This document shows positions 25,512 through 35,203 of a stretch of DNA of 54,698 nucleotides, piece after piece. The DNA comes from a virus (taxonomy: Duplodnaviria > Caudoviricetes): IMG/VR virus record IMGVR_UViG_3300046714_000572, positions 1 to 54,698 of that record; one strand, given 5' to 3'. The notes beneath the pieces are model-generated. The model saw only the letters and a list, made by a program, of their open reading frames with translations, was not told where the DNA came from and searched no databases. The translations under genes were made by a program, and so were the position numbers. Within the stretch, counting starts at the first letter, position 1, and every line of letters begins with the position of its first letter.

Positions 25512-28259
25512 GTGCAGTCCGTCATCCAGACCGTCCGCGCCACCGCTAATACCGGCGCGACGACTCAGGACGTCACGGTCTCTGGGTTCGGTACCGTCGT
25601 CGCGTGCTTCGGCAAGATCAGCCTGGCGACGGCCGACAACACGAACGTCGCGCACGGCTTCATCTCGGTCGGCATCTGGGACGGCACGAATACGCGCGGG
25701 AAGTCGACGTTCTCCGAGAACAACCGCACTGCCGTCACCGACACGAATCAGATGAAGCGCACCGACCGCTTCTTCATCGTGATGGCCGCGGCCGGCGTGG
25801 TCACGCGCTACGTCACCCTGTCGGCCGTCACCAACGGGGTGAAGCTGAGCTGGTTCGACTCCGCCGGCACGCCGACAGCACCGGGCGTGGCGTACAAGCT
25901 CGACCTGACGTTCGTCGGCGGGTCCGGAGCGCTGGCGGCCATCGTGGACGTCGCCGGGGCGATCACCTCTCGGGTCATCAGCTCGCTCAGCTTCCAGAGC
26001 GACTCCCTCGTCTGCCTCGGGCCGGGCGTGTTCGGTACGGCTGCTGCCGCGGCGCCGGGCCAGATGATCCTCGGGTTCGCCACGCGCGCGCCGTCGATCT
26101 CCCAGTGCTCGCTGAACTGGACGGACACGGACAACGTGTCGACGTCCGCCGCGATCTCGCTGCTGTCGGCGACGTCGGTCGCGGTGTTGACCGGCGCGAG
26201 CCAGGACAACGCGCGCGTCAGCGCCTTCTCGTCGACAGGCTTCACGTTCACGAACGACGTCCAGAACAACGCCTTCCCCGACTTCGCCGTCCTGGCACTT
26301 CAGCTCCCTGGCCTGTCGGTCCTCGCCGAGGTGATCTCCTCGCCGACCGGGACAGGCGTGCAGTCCTACACGAACCTCGGCATGCGCGGCCAGGCCGGCA
26401 TCCTGGCGATCTCCGGCGCGAGCGCGGTCGACACCGTCACGAACGACGACAAGGCGAGCACGTTCGCGCTGAGCTTCCTCGGAACGCCGACCGGCACGCC
26501 CGTCGAGAACGTCACGCACGTCCGCTCGAAGGACGCCGTCGTCATCAGCGGCCCGAGCCCGACGATCGCAGGCGCCATCGCCGACGCCAAGTTCGTGCGC
26601 CTGCACAACGGCGGCAACACCGCGCTGCTGGTCGCCAACTGGAACGCCTGGCAGGCGAGCGGGGTCGACGTCAACTGGACCACGGTCGACGGCACCGCGC
26701 GCAAGATCGCCGCGCTGTGGTTCAGCGCCGAGGTCGTGCAGCCCAGCGGCATCGCCTCCGAGGAGGCGTTCGGCTCGGCCACCATCGCCGCTACGATCGC
26801 GGTCAGCCCGAGCGGCATCGCCAGCGCCGAGGCCTTCGGCACGCCGACTCTGGCGGCCACCGTCACGCTGTTCCCCGGCGGCATCGCCAGCGACGAGGCC
26901 TTCGGCACGCCGACGCTCGCCCCAGGGGCGGTCGCGATCAGCCCGAGCGGGATCGCCAGCGCCGAGGCCCTCGGGAACCCCACGTTGTCTCCCGGCGCAG
27001 TCACGCTGTCGCCCGGCGGAATTGCCAGCGACGAGGCCTTCGGCACTCCGACTCTGGCGGCCGGCGAGGTCGTCGTGTCCCCGAGCGGCGTCGCCAGCGA
27101 CGAGGCCTTCGGCACGCCGACGCTCGCGGCCACCGCCACCGTCGACCTGAATGGCGAGGGCATCGCAAGCGCCGAGGCCTTCGGAACGCCGATGGTCGTC
27201 ACCGGCGCCGACATCTTCCCCAGTGGCATCGACAGCGAGGAAGCCTTCGGCACGCCCGACGTGCTGGCGCAGCCCGTGTTCCTCTCGCCGACCAGCATCG
27301 CGAGCGCCGAGGCCTTCGGCGACCCGCTGCTGAGCCAGGAGCAGCTCGTTCTGCCGGCGAGCATCGACAGCGAGGAGACCTTCGGCACGCCGTCGCTCTT
27401 CACAGGCCTGACGATCCTGCCCGACGGGATCGTCAGCGAGGAGGCCGTCGGCACGCCCGACGTGCTGGCTGGCGCGGTAGCGATCAGCCCGAGCGGCATC
27501 GCGAGCGCCGAGGCCCTCGGGAACCCCACGTTGTCCCCCGGCGCGGTCACGCTGTCGCCCGGCGGAATTGCCAGCGACGAGGCCTTCGGCCTGCCGGCGA
27601 TCTCGCCCGGCGCGCTCGTCCTCCTGGTCGACGCCATCGCCAGCGACGAGGCCTTCGGCACGCCCACGCTGCTCCAGGCCGGCGCGCAGATCATCGACCT
27701 CGACACCCAGGGCATCGCCTCGGGCGAGGCCTTCGGAACGCCGCTCGTCCTGTCCGATCAGCAGCTTGTCCAGCCCAGCGGCATCGCTAGCGGCGAGGCC
27801 TTCGGCCTGCCGTTCCTGCGCGGAGGATACATCCCCGTGACTCTGAAGAAGAAGGTCCACGACGCGCTCTGCCAGGCGGCGGAGCTGGGTACGTTCATCG
27901 AGGCGACCTACGACTCCGACGCCTGCGAGCTGGAGCAGGGCCTACAGGTCCGCCCTGGCTCGATCGAGGTGAACGAGCTGGACGCCAACTACGCCGTCAC
28001 CAGTCGCTACGGGCGCAAGTTCGCGCTCGATCCGACCGCGTGGAACTGGTTGCTCATCCTCCAGTTCAACGAAGAAGTCATCTGCGAGCCGTTCGTGCGG
28101 AGGCTGCTCGGAGATCCCATCTGTATTCCGCGCGGACAAGACGACCGTCAGGTTACCCTGAAGCTCGTCGACACCAAGTACGAGCACCCTCCTCGCGAAG
28201 GTGCGTCGAACGGGACGAAAGCATTCTTCCGCATCCAAGCGGAGCTGAGTCCTCGGTAA
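25512..28259 (+). CDS. virion fibre-like protein: beta-rich N-domain, 16 repeats, putative tail-terminator C-domain
   Basis: AAGGAG RBS; PSGIASxEAFGTP repeats; ~140-aa C-terminal domain directly before the tail tube gene. Confidence 0.75.
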   Translation: MQSVIQTVRATANTGATTQDVTVSGFGTVVACFGKISLATADNTNVAHGFISVGIWDGTNTRGKSTFSENNRTAVTDTNQMKRTDRFFIVMAAAGVVTRYVTLSAVTNGVKLSWFDSAGTPTAPGVAYKLDLTFVGGSGALAAIVDVAGAITSRVISSLSFQSDSLVCLGPGVFGTAAAAAPGQMILGFATRAPSISQCSLNWTDTDNVSTSAAISLLSATSVAVLTGASQDNARVSAFSSTGFTFTNDVQNNAFPDFAVLALQLPGLSVLAEVISSPTGTGVQSYTNLGMRGQAGILAISGASAVDTVTNDDKASTFALSFLGTPTGTPVENVTHVRSKDAVVISGPSPTIAGAIADAKFVRLHNGGNTALLVANWNAWQASGVDVNWTTVDGTARKIAALWFSAEVVQPSGIASEEAFGSATIAATIAVSPSGIASAEAFGTPTLAATVTLFPGGIASDEAFGTPTLAPGAVAISPSGIASAEALGNPTLSPGAVTLSPGGIASDEAFGTPTLAAGEVVVSPSGVASDEAFGTPTLAATATVDLNGEGIASAEAFGTPMVVTGADIFPSGIDSEEAFGTPDVLAQPVFLSPTSIASAEAFGDPLLSQEQLVLPASIDSEETFGTPSLFTGLTILPDGIVSEEAVGTPDVLAGAVAISPSGIASAEALGNPTLSPGAVTLSPGGIASDEAFGLPAISPGALVLLVDAIASDEAFGTPTLLQAGAQIIDLDTQGIASGEAFGTPLVLSDQQLVQPSGIASGEAFGLPFLRGGYIPVTLKKKVHDALCQAAELGTFIEATYDSDACELEQGLQVRPGSIEVNELDANYAVTSRYGRKFALDPTAWNWLLILQFNEEVICEPFVRRLLGDPICIPRGQDDRQVTLKLVDTKYEHPPREGASNGTKAFFRIQAELSPR
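26733..27818 (+). repeat. 16 coding repeats of about 22-25 aa, consensus PSGIASxEAFGTPTL
   Basis: Counted in the translation; one 40-aa block occurs twice (26925-27044, 27471-27590). Confidence 0.9.
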
Positions 28260-28281
28260 CCAACCTCTAGGAGAAACACAC

Positions 28282-29145
28282 ATGCCCGGAATCAATCTGA
28301 CCGGCGCGCCGAACGAACGCGACTATGTTCTCGGGCGTGGCAAGGTCTATCTCGCCAAGATCGACACGACGACGGGGCTTCCCGACGTGAACGGCTTTCG
28401 TGACGTGGGCAACGCCCCCGAGTTCACGATCTCCGTCGCCGTCGAGGACCTCCGCCACAAGAACTCGCGCGACTGCATCAAGTTCACGGACAAGCGGTTC
28501 GTGATCTCGCAGGAGATCGGCGTCGGCTTCAAGCTGGACGAGACCCGCAACTTCCAGAATCTCGCCGACTTCTTCAGCGGCGAGACCTCGGTCTACGACA
28601 ACCCGCACGACACGACCCACACCGACACCGTCATCTCGGCCGACGTCCACCTGGGCGCCTGGTACGAGCTGCGGAACGGCTCGGGCCTGCGCGTCTACAA
28701 TCTGGACGCGGCCGGCGTGGTCTACACGATCGAGATGGACGACACGATCGACGTCCTCTTGGTCGAGGGGACCGACTACGAGATCGACGAGCAGCTCGGC
28801 CTCGTGCGCTTCCTGCCCACGGCGACGAACATCGACGAGGGCGACCAGGCTCAGTGGAGCATCACGACCGGCGCTACGACCGCGAAGGACGTCGATGAAG
28901 TCGACGCGCTCACGAAGTCGGAAGTCACCGGCGCGCTCCTGTTCCTTCAGGACAACGCGGGTGACTGCGGCCAGCTCGTCGAGTTCCGGTTCCACCGGGT
29001 CTCGCTGTCGGCCGACGGCGACCTGGGCCTGATCGGCGACGAGGTCGCGACGATGTCCTTCAAGGGCGTCGCCGAGATCAACAACCTGGTGCCCGACGTG
29101 TCCAAGGTGCTCACCGTGCGCACCTACGACCCGATGGTCCCCTGA
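28282..29145 (+). CDS. major tail tube protein
   Basis: YVLGRGKVY, DVGNAPEFTISV, GDLGLIGDE; upstream of chaperones and tape measure. Confidence 0.85.
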   Translation: MPGINLTGAPNERDYVLGRGKVYLAKIDTTTGLPDVNGFRDVGNAPEFTISVAVEDLRHKNSRDCIKFTDKRFVISQEIGVGFKLDETRNFQNLADFFSGETSVYDNPHDTTHTDTVISADVHLGAWYELRNGSGLRVYNLDAAGVVYTIEMDDTIDVLLVEGTDYEIDEQLGLVRFLPTATNIDEGDQAQWSITTGATTAKDVDEVDALTKSEVTGALLFLQDNAGDCGQLVEFRFHRVSLSADGDLGLIGDEVATMSFKGVAEINNLVPDVSKVLTVRTYDPMVP

Positions 29146-29164
29146 TCTGAGACGGTCGAGAGGC

Positions 29165-29192
29165 GGCCCGGGGGCGACAGCGCTCCCGGGCC
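29165..29192 (+). terminator. hairpin after the tail tube gene
   Basis: GGCCCGGGGGCG-ACAG-CGCTCCCGGGCC. Confidence 0.55.
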
Positions 29193-29225
29193 ACGACCAC
29201 CAACAACAAGAGAGGCAAGGCAGAC

Positions 29226-29957
29226 ATGGCGAACAAGAACTGGAAGGCTCGCTTCACGTACAAGAGCAAGGTGTTCGTGGAGAAGACGATCGACGACAAG
29301 ACGTTCCGCTTCTACCCGAACCGGATCGCGCTGCTCGAGGAGCTGGCGGACGTCAGCAAGCCCATCGGGCACGCCGTCGCGACGCTCTTCGGCAAGGGCG
29401 GCGACGCCTCGAACTCCACGCACGAGACCTTCCGCGACAAGGTCCGTAAGGACGTCAAGTCCGGGATCGAGACCGCCGACTCCGCAGTCGACAAGATCAC
29501 CGTCAGCGCGCCGACGCCGGAGGTGTCCGAGTACCACCGCAAGGCGCGCGACCAGGCGATCGACGAGCTGATCGGCGCGTTCACCGACAAGCGCAACCGC
29601 ATCCTGTTCGGCAAGCTCCTGATGGACTCGCTCCGCGAGGAGTTCGAGTTCTCGAAGGAGCGCGACCCCGCCGAAGTCGAGGAGTTCCTCTTCGGCGACG
29701 GCACTGAGGCCTGGCAGGGCCTCGACCTGCCGATGACGGTGCAGCTCTGCACCGGCTGGCTCGCGGCGAACGCGAAGGTCTTCGGCGACGTGGGGGAGAA
29801 GGTGATCGCGCTCGTTCGGGGCAGGCTGGAACTCCCCCTGAGTCCCTCGCCCTCGGAGGAGACGCCGAGCACGGTCGATGGATCCAGCTCCAAGACTCCA
29901 TCGTCGCAGCCGTCCGAAGTGGATTCGACCTCGGTTTTGTCGAGCAGCTCGACCTGA
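29226..29957 (+). CDS. tail assembly chaperone (G-like)
   Basis: Between tube and tape measure; overlapped by an open -1 frame. Confidence 0.75.
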   Translation: MANKNWKARFTYKSKVFVEKTIDDKTFRFYPNRIALLEELADVSKPIGHAVATLFGKGGDASNSTHETFRDKVRKDVKSGIETADSAVDKITVSAPTPEVSEYHRKARDQAIDELIGAFTDKRNRILFGKLLMDSLREEFEFSKERDPAEVEEFLFGDGTEAWQGLDLPMTVQLCTGWLAANAKVFGDVGEKVIALVRGRLELPLSPSPSEETPSTVDGSSSKTPSSQPSEVDSTSVLSSSST

Positions 29958-30163
29958 TCCAGTTCAACGGCCTCATGGACTCCATCAACCGGCAGACCGT
30001 GGAAGAGAGGGTGGGCCTCGTGTTCGACACGATGGCCGGCGCCCAGCTCACCAGCAAGGGCATCCGCTCGTACGTGAAGGCGATGCGCGAGGTGGTCGGG
30101 GTCGAGGAAGAAGTGAAGAGCCAGACGAACGAGTTCATCAAGGACTTCGGGAAGGGTATCTGA
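29792..30163 (+). CDS. tail assembly chaperone -1 frameshift extension (T-like)
   Basis: -1 frame open from GGGGGAG (29792) to 30163: ...WIQLQDSIVAAVRSGFDL...DFGKGI. Confidence 0.65.
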   Translation, partial: GGEGDRARSGQAGTPPESLALGGDAEHGRWIQLQDSIVAAVRSGFDLGFVEQLDLIQFNGLMDSINRQTVEERVGLVFDTMAGAQLTSKGIRSYVKAMREVVGVEEEVKSQTNEFIKDFGKGI

Positions 30164-30164
30164 C

Positions 30165-33100
30165 GTGGCAGTCGACCGCGGTGGCCTCCAGTACACGATC
30201 ACTCTCCGAGACCAGTTCTCGAAGACGACGGCGAAGTTCCGTCAGGAACTGGGGGCCACCAAGGCGGCGTTCGCGGAATTCCAGCGCGGCGCGTCCGTGC
30301 AGAAGCAGTCCGCGGACGGCTTCAAGAAGACGGCCGCTGCGATCGACGAGCAGCAGGCGGCGCTGCGACGCCTCCAGGCCGAGTCTCGCCGGCAGCAGGC
30401 CGTCGAGCGCACGGCGTTCCGCACGAACCAGGCTGCGCAGAAGGACGTCGCGAAGGCGCTCGCGCAGGAGGCCGCGCTCCGCAAGCAGGCCGCCACCGAC
30501 GCCGCCAGGGCGCAGCGCGACGAGCAGCGCGCGATCAAGGAGAAGGTCGACGCGCAGAACCGCGCCGCGAAGCAGGCGCAGGCCCTGAACGCCGCGCGCA
30601 TCAAGGACGAGAAGACCCTCCAGGCCCAGCAGGAGAAGGAGGCCCGCGCCAAGCAGGCCGCCGATCCCGGCTTCCTCGCGCAGAAGCGGATCAACGACGC
30701 TCTCAAGGAGGAGCAGGTCGTCCGCCAGCAGATCACGCAGCTCCGCGCCCGCGCGCAGCAGCAGTTCGCGGCCGGCGACCTCCTCGGCGGCGCGCGGTCG
30801 ATCAACCAGGCGAAGGGCCTCAAGGAGAGCCTCGACCAGATCGGCTCGAGCGCGAGCCGCACCTTCTTCACCTTCCGCCGGCTCGTCGGCATCCTCGCGG
30901 TGTTCACGATCGCCCGCCAGGCGGTGCAGAGCTTCAAGGACCTCGTCACGACGGCGCTCGCGTTCAACAACACGATCGAGTCGGCCCGCATCGGCATCGC
31001 CGGCCTGATCGTCACGAGCGCCGAGGTGCGCGACCAGTTCGGCCAGAACCTCACCGGCGCCGACGCCTTCAACCAGGCCCTCGCGGTCGCGCGCGTGCAG
31101 GTGAAGGCGCTGACGCAGGACGCCATCAAGCTCGGCGTCCCGTTCCAGACGCTCGTCGAGACGTTCCAGATCGCCGTCGCGCCCGGCTTCGGCGCCGGCC
31201 TGAACCTCGACCAGATCCGCCAGCTCACCGGCTCGATCGCGGCTGCCGCGAAGGCCATCGGCCTGCCGCAGAACCAGCTCGCCGAGGAGATCCGGTCTCT
31301 GCTCGCCGGCACGATTCAGGCGCGCACGACCCGCATCGCGACCGCGCTCGGCATCACCAACGCCGACGTCCGCCGCCTGAAGGAGACGGGACAGCTCTTC
31401 GACTTCCTCGAGAACAAGTTCAAGTCGTTCAACGTGGCCGCCCAGCGCGCCGCGCGCGGCACCCTCTCGGGCGTGCAGGAGGTCGTGCAGGGGATCCTCC
31501 AGCAGGTCCTCGGCCAGGCCGCCGGCCCACTGTTCCAGACGCTCATCGACCTCGGCAACGAGCTGCTGGACAAGGTCCTGACCATCCAGGACGCCACCGG
31601 GGAGATCAAGATCAACCCGAAGGTGGTGCAGTCGTTCCAGGTCATCTTCGACGCGCTGCGCGACGGCGTGCTCGCGATCCGTGCGGCCTTCGCCGACCTC
31701 GGCTTCAACGGGCTGAAGGACGCCTTCCAAGCCGCGGGCTCCGCGCTGGTCGCGTCGCTGCGCTTCGCGATCGGCTTCGCGCAGACGCTCTTCAAGGTCC
31801 TCACGACCGTCGTCGAGCTGATCCGCGGCATCGCCGGGGCCTTCGGCCTCACCGAGAAGGGACTCGGACAGATCGCCGGCCTGTTCGGCGGCATCATCGC
31901 GCTCACCGTGGTCTGGGACCACACGCTCGGGCTCACCGGCCTGAAGATCGGCACGATCCTCACCGGCCTGAAGGATGCCCTCGGGGCGCTGCTGAAGATC
32001 GACGGACCGGCGCTCACCGGCATCCTCACGAAGATGGGCATCTGGGCCGCGATCCTCGCGACCGTGGTGGCCGGGGCTGACCTCTTCCTGAGCAGCGTCT
32101 TCGACGTCAACCTGAACCTGCTCGAGACGATCCGCCTCCTGAAGATCGGGCTGCTCGGCGGCATCAAGGACGCCGCGCTCGCGCTGAAGACGACGGCCAT
32201 CCAGTTCAAGGGGGCCTTCACCTTCCAGACGCAGGAGGCGATCGACGCCGAGAAGATGCAGGCGGTCACCGACAGCCTCAGGGAGCAGAAGAAGCTCGAC
32301 GAGGAGATCGCCGCGATCACTACGAAGGCCGCGGAGCGCTCGAACCGCGGTCCCGGCTTCGATCCCGCGGCGCAGGCGAAGAAGAGCGCGCAGGACTTCG
32401 CCGGGATCATCTCCGGCGTCGCTCGTCAGGTGCGTGACCTCGACGCCCTCATCAAGACGATCGACGACGACCTGTTCAAGACCGGGCAGGAGTTCCGCCA
32501 GGCGTTCAACACCCAGGACATCCAGGGCTCCGCCGGCAAGATCCAGAACATCTTCAGCGAGCAGGCGACCACGCTCGCGGTGAACCTGAAGAAGATCCGC
32601 AGCGAGCAGGCGCTCGTCGAGAAGCAGATCGCCGAGATCATCAAGGGCCAGAACGTCACCGCAGAGCGCCGCGTCCAGCTCGAGGACGCCGCGTCGGGGA
32701 ACCTCGACGCCCGCCAGCTCGCGGCCCTGAAGGTCACCGCGGCCGAGGGTCAGCTCGTCTCGCTGTTCCAGGACGAGGCGGAGATCAACGACGCGATCAA
32801 CGGGATCCAGCAGAAGTCGGTCGACCTCGCGATCAAGAAGGCCGCGATCGTCGCCCTCGAGTCGTCGCGCGACCTGAACCGCGAGGCCGTCGTGTTGCGC
32901 GCGCAGGCGCAGGCCGAGCAGAAGATCAGCGAGGTCATCGTGGGCCGGCTCGGCGCGCGCCGACAGGCAACCGTCGAGGCCGAGAACGCGCTGCTCATCG
33001 CGCAGACCGAGAACCACCAGCAGGAGGAGTCCCTACAGCGCCAGATCCAGCTCACCCAGGAGAAGATCACGCTCGCCAACCGGACCGGCCCGGGCGGCCC

Positions 33101-34160
33101 GACCGCCGCGGAGCGCGCGGCCCTCGCCGGCCTGCTGACGTCGCTCCAGGATCGCCTCGCGATCGAGCAGCAGATCGCCACCGCGAAGGAGGCCCAGCTC
33201 GAGGCCGCCCGCAAGGAGGCCGCGCTCGTCGAGTCAGGCACGATCGGCCAGGGCATCAGCCGCGGCTTCGAGGACCTCGCGAAGGACCTGCCGACCGCCT
33301 TCGAGGCCGGCGTGGCGATCGTGAAGCAGAGCACGCAGCAGCTCGCCGACTTCATCTCGACGTCGATCGTGCAGGCGTTCGACCCCACGGTCGACCAGTC
33401 GCTCCAGGAGCGCTTCGCTCGCTTCCTCCAGAGCATCGCGCAGATCATCCTCCAGCAGATCGTGCAGCTCGCCATCGCGAGCGCGCTCCAGCAGGTGCTC
33501 GGGCAGACGAGCGCCGGTACGGTTCAGGTCGCGGCTGCCACGACCGCCGCGGCGATCACCACCACGGCCGCGACGACCGCCGCGAGCATCGAGATCGCCG
33601 CGGCCCAGACCGCTGCCGCGATCCGCGCCGCCAGCGGGGGGTTCGGTCTCCACGAGGGCGGGCTCGTGCCGCGCGGCTTCGCGGTCGGCGGTCTCGTCGG
33701 CCGGTCGCAGCGGGCCGCGGCCACGGCCGCCCACGCTGGAGCGCAGGGCCTGGCGATCGGCGGGCTCCCGCGCCCGTCGAACGTGCACCCGGCCGACACC
33801 ATCCCCGCCTGGCTCACCCCCGGCGAGTTCGTGGTGCGCAAGTCGGTCGTGGACAACCTCGGCCTCGGCTTCTTCAACCGGGTGAACGCTGGCGGCTTCT
33901 CCGCCCCGTCGGCGCCGCCCTCGGGCGCGCAGGCCGGCGAAGCGGCCGGCATGGCGCGCGGCGGGCTAGTCTCCGAGCGCGTGGCGCGGGCCGGCGTGTC
34001 TAGCGACGGCAACGGGAACGGCGAGATGGTGGTGCTGCCCACTCTCGTCGCCGGGGAGAAGGAGCTGGACCGTCTGCACGCGGGCGGCAAGAACGCCTTC
34101 ATCAAGACGATCAGGGACAACGCGACTACGATCAGGGGAATCCTCCAGGGAGGGAAGTGA
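30165..34160 (+). CDS. tape measure protein
   Basis: 1331 aa, Ala/Gln-rich helical, central hydrophobic segments, C-terminal GGLV and DTIPAWLTPGEFVV motifs. Confidence 0.92.
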   Translation: MAVDRGGLQYTITLRDQFSKTTAKFRQELGATKAAFAEFQRGASVQKQSADGFKKTAAAIDEQQAALRRLQAESRRQQAVERTAFRTNQAAQKDVAKALAQEAALRKQAATDAARAQRDEQRAIKEKVDAQNRAAKQAQALNAARIKDEKTLQAQQEKEARAKQAADPGFLAQKRINDALKEEQVVRQQITQLRARAQQQFAAGDLLGGARSINQAKGLKESLDQIGSSASRTFFTFRRLVGILAVFTIARQAVQSFKDLVTTALAFNNTIESARIGIAGLIVTSAEVRDQFGQNLTGADAFNQALAVARVQVKALTQDAIKLGVPFQTLVETFQIAVAPGFGAGLNLDQIRQLTGSIAAAAKAIGLPQNQLAEEIRSLLAGTIQARTTRIATALGITNADVRRLKETGQLFDFLENKFKSFNVAAQRAARGTLSGVQEVVQGILQQVLGQAAGPLFQTLIDLGNELLDKVLTIQDATGEIKINPKVVQSFQVIFDALRDGVLAIRAAFADLGFNGLKDAFQAAGSALVASLRFAIGFAQTLFKVLTTVVELIRGIAGAFGLTEKGLGQIAGLFGGIIALTVVWDHTLGLTGLKIGTILTGLKDALGALLKIDGPALTGILTKMGIWAAILATVVAGADLFLSSVFDVNLNLLETIRLLKIGLLGGIKDAALALKTTAIQFKGAFTFQTQEAIDAEKMQAVTDSLREQKKLDEEIAAITTKAAERSNRGPGFDPAAQAKKSAQDFAGIISGVARQVRDLDALIKTIDDDLFKTGQEFRQAFNTQDIQGSAGKIQNIFSEQATTLAVNLKKIRSEQALVEKQIAEIIKGQNVTAERRVQLEDAASGNLDARQLAALKVTAAEGQLVSLFQDEAEINDAINGIQQKSVDLAIKKAAIVALESSRDLNREAVVLRAQAQAEQKISEVIVGRLGARRQATVEAENALLIAQTENHQQEESLQRQIQLTQEKITLANRTGPGGPTAAERAALAGLLTSLQDRLAIEQQIATAKEAQLEAARKEAALVESGTIGQGISRGFEDLAKDLPTAFEAGVAIVKQSTQQLADFISTSIVQAFDPTVDQSLQERFARFLQSIAQIILQQIVQLAIASALQQVLGQTSAGTVQVAAATTAAAITTTAATTAASIEIAAAQTAAAIRAASGGFGLHEGGLVPRGFAVGGLVGRSQRAAATAAHAGAQGLAIGGLPRPSNVHPADTIPAWLTPGEFVVRKSVVDNLGLGFFNRVNAGGFSAPSAPPSGAQAGEAAGMARGGLVSERVARAGVSSDGNGNGEMVVLPTLVAGEKELDRLHAGGKNAFIKTIRDNATTIRGILQGGK

Positions 34161-35203
34161 TGGCTGGAAAGTGGCTTGAGGGTTTCGAGTCCCACACGAA
34201 CTCGTCGCAGCTCGCGCGAAAGTACGCGACGTTCACCGGCTCGGTCAGCGTCCAGTCGGGGCGAGTGTTCGGCAACGCGGGGGGCATGGCCTCCACGGTC
34301 GCGGTGAGCGACAGCCTCGGGCTCGCCGACACCTGGATCGTCGGGTTCGGCGTGCGGATCACGTCGCGCCAGACGGCGCTGAACTCCGGCGCGCAGGGCA
34401 TCTACATCGAGAAGGCCAGCACCGAGCAGTTCCACCTCGAGTTCGTGAACAACGTCGGTAGCTTCGAGGTCCGCCTGATGCGCGGCGCGACGCAGCTCGC
34501 GATCACGACCGGCCTCTACGCCTACGGCAACTGGCACCACTTCGAGGTGAAGGTGCTCGTGAACACGGCGACCGGCACCTACGAGATCCGGCACGACGAG
34601 GTGCTCGCGGTCTCCGGCACCGGCGTCAACACGGCGAACGCGGGCTCGAACCAGGCCGACATCTTCGCGCTTCGATTCACGTCGAACGTCGGCACCACGT
34701 TCATGTTCGACGACATGAACGTCAAGGACGGCACCGGCGCGACCAACAACGACTTCCTCGGCGACTTCATCGTCGAGGCCTGCACCGTGAACGGCGCTGG
34801 CGCATCGACCCAGTGGACGAACGACGCCGGCAGCGGCTCGAACTTCAACAACGTCCAGGATCCCGGCAACGCGGCTCCGGACGAGTCCGGCGCTGGCGGC
34901 ACGAACAGCTCCGATACCTCCGGGCAGAAGGACCTCTACGCGCTGACCGACCTCGCGCACATCGACGGTTCGATCGCCTTCGTGCAGATCGGTGCGCAGC
35001 TCGGCATGCTCGCGGCCGGCTCGCGCAACGTGCTCGTGAAGTACCGCGACGACGGCGGGACCGACGCCACGGCCGCCACGGTGACGGTGGCCTCGACGAC
35101 CTTCGACGAGTTCCCGGTCGTGCTCGACCAGAACCCCGTGACCGCGACGCCCTGGGACGTCAGCGACATCAACGGCGGCCAGATCGGCGTGGAGGTGGCC
35201 TGA
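34160..35203 (+). CDS. tail-associated beta-sandwich (lectin/LamG-like) protein, paralog 1
   Basis: WLEGFE start, WHHFEVKV, FDD..V.DGTG..NNDFLG. Confidence 0.7.
   Translation: MAGKWLEGFESHTNSSQLARKYATFTGSVSVQSGRVFGNAGGMASTVAVSDSLGLADTWIVGFGVRITSRQTALNSGAQGIYIEKASTEQFHLEFVNNVGSFEVRLMRGATQLAITTGLYAYGNWHHFEVKVLVNTATGTYEIRHDEVLAVSGTGVNTANAGSNQADIFALRFTSNVGTTFMFDDMNVKDGTGATNNDFLGDFIVEACTVNGAGASTQWTNDAGSGSNFNNVQDPGNAAPDESGAGGTNSSDTSGQKDLYALTDLAHIDGSIAFVQIGAQLGMLAAGSRNVLVKYRDDGGTDATAATVTVASTTFDEFPVVLDQNPVTATPWDVSDINGGQIGVEVA

Noticed and set aside
26733-27818. Diversity-generating retroelement TR/VR pair
   Set aside because: No reverse transcriptase; the duplicated block is identical in protein, with only synonymous differences
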